Origin: Moniliella sp. 'wahieum'
Taxonomy: Eukaryota
Length of the DNA: 64,000 bases
NCBI GenBank assembly: GCA_003971905.1
Contig: RSEE01000035.1
Span: forward strand, 62,001 to 126,000
Direction: 5' to 3'
Both the position numbers and the translations under genes were made by a program. Below the pieces are notes generated by a model, which saw only the letters and a list, made by a program, of their open reading frames with translations, did no database searches and had not been told where the DNA came from. Shown here piece by piece: positions 63,889-64,000 of this stretch; positions within the stretch are counted from its first letter, which is position 1, and each line of letters opens with the position of its first letter.

Positions 63889-64000
63889 GCCGGTCTGGCC
63901 TTTGGAATCGCATCGCTCCGACTCTGGTAGTACTGTGTATATACGTGTTGTGTATGTGTAGTGGGATGGGCCTGAGGTGGCTAAACAGAGCGAAGATAGA

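Overview
Gene-dense, GC-rich eukaryotic nuclear DNA from a basidiomycete fungus, most likely Ustilaginomycotina. This is inferred from short spliceosomal introns with GTACGT/GTGAGT/GTGCGT donors and from the protein styles. About 21 protein genes and one tRNA-Thr(UGU) can be supported: a possible forkhead TF tail, an Msb2-like signalling mucin, a pseudouridine glycosidase-kinase fusion, ERG28, a SOD-fold mitoribosomal protein, TAO3/Mor2, a HAL/NPR kinase, a hexose transporter, a Fus3/Kss1-type MAPK, DUF1640, a Dabb barrel, GPC1, a head-to-head Pep12-like/SED5 syntaxin pair, a NIPA transporter, OXA1, a RAD51 paralog, a C2H2 TF, alpha-acetolactate decarboxylase, UFD1 and two hypothetical membrane proteins. 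Many genes, including essential ones, are broken by small indels, often at homopolymers. I read these as long-read assembly errors, so CDS limits are approximate. The most striking unexplained signal is a window-wide intergenic 'heptamer grammar': arrays of A-NNNN-T hexameric palindromes with different cores, spaced at 7 bp (TGA-N4-TGA), concentrated in promoter-side intergenic DNA. Other leads are a MAPK with an S-E-Y instead of T-E-Y activation loop, an intronless acetolactate decarboxylase that may be horizontally acquired, and a C2H2 finger followed by a zipper-less basic helix. No CRISPR array, rRNA or intact transposon was seen.
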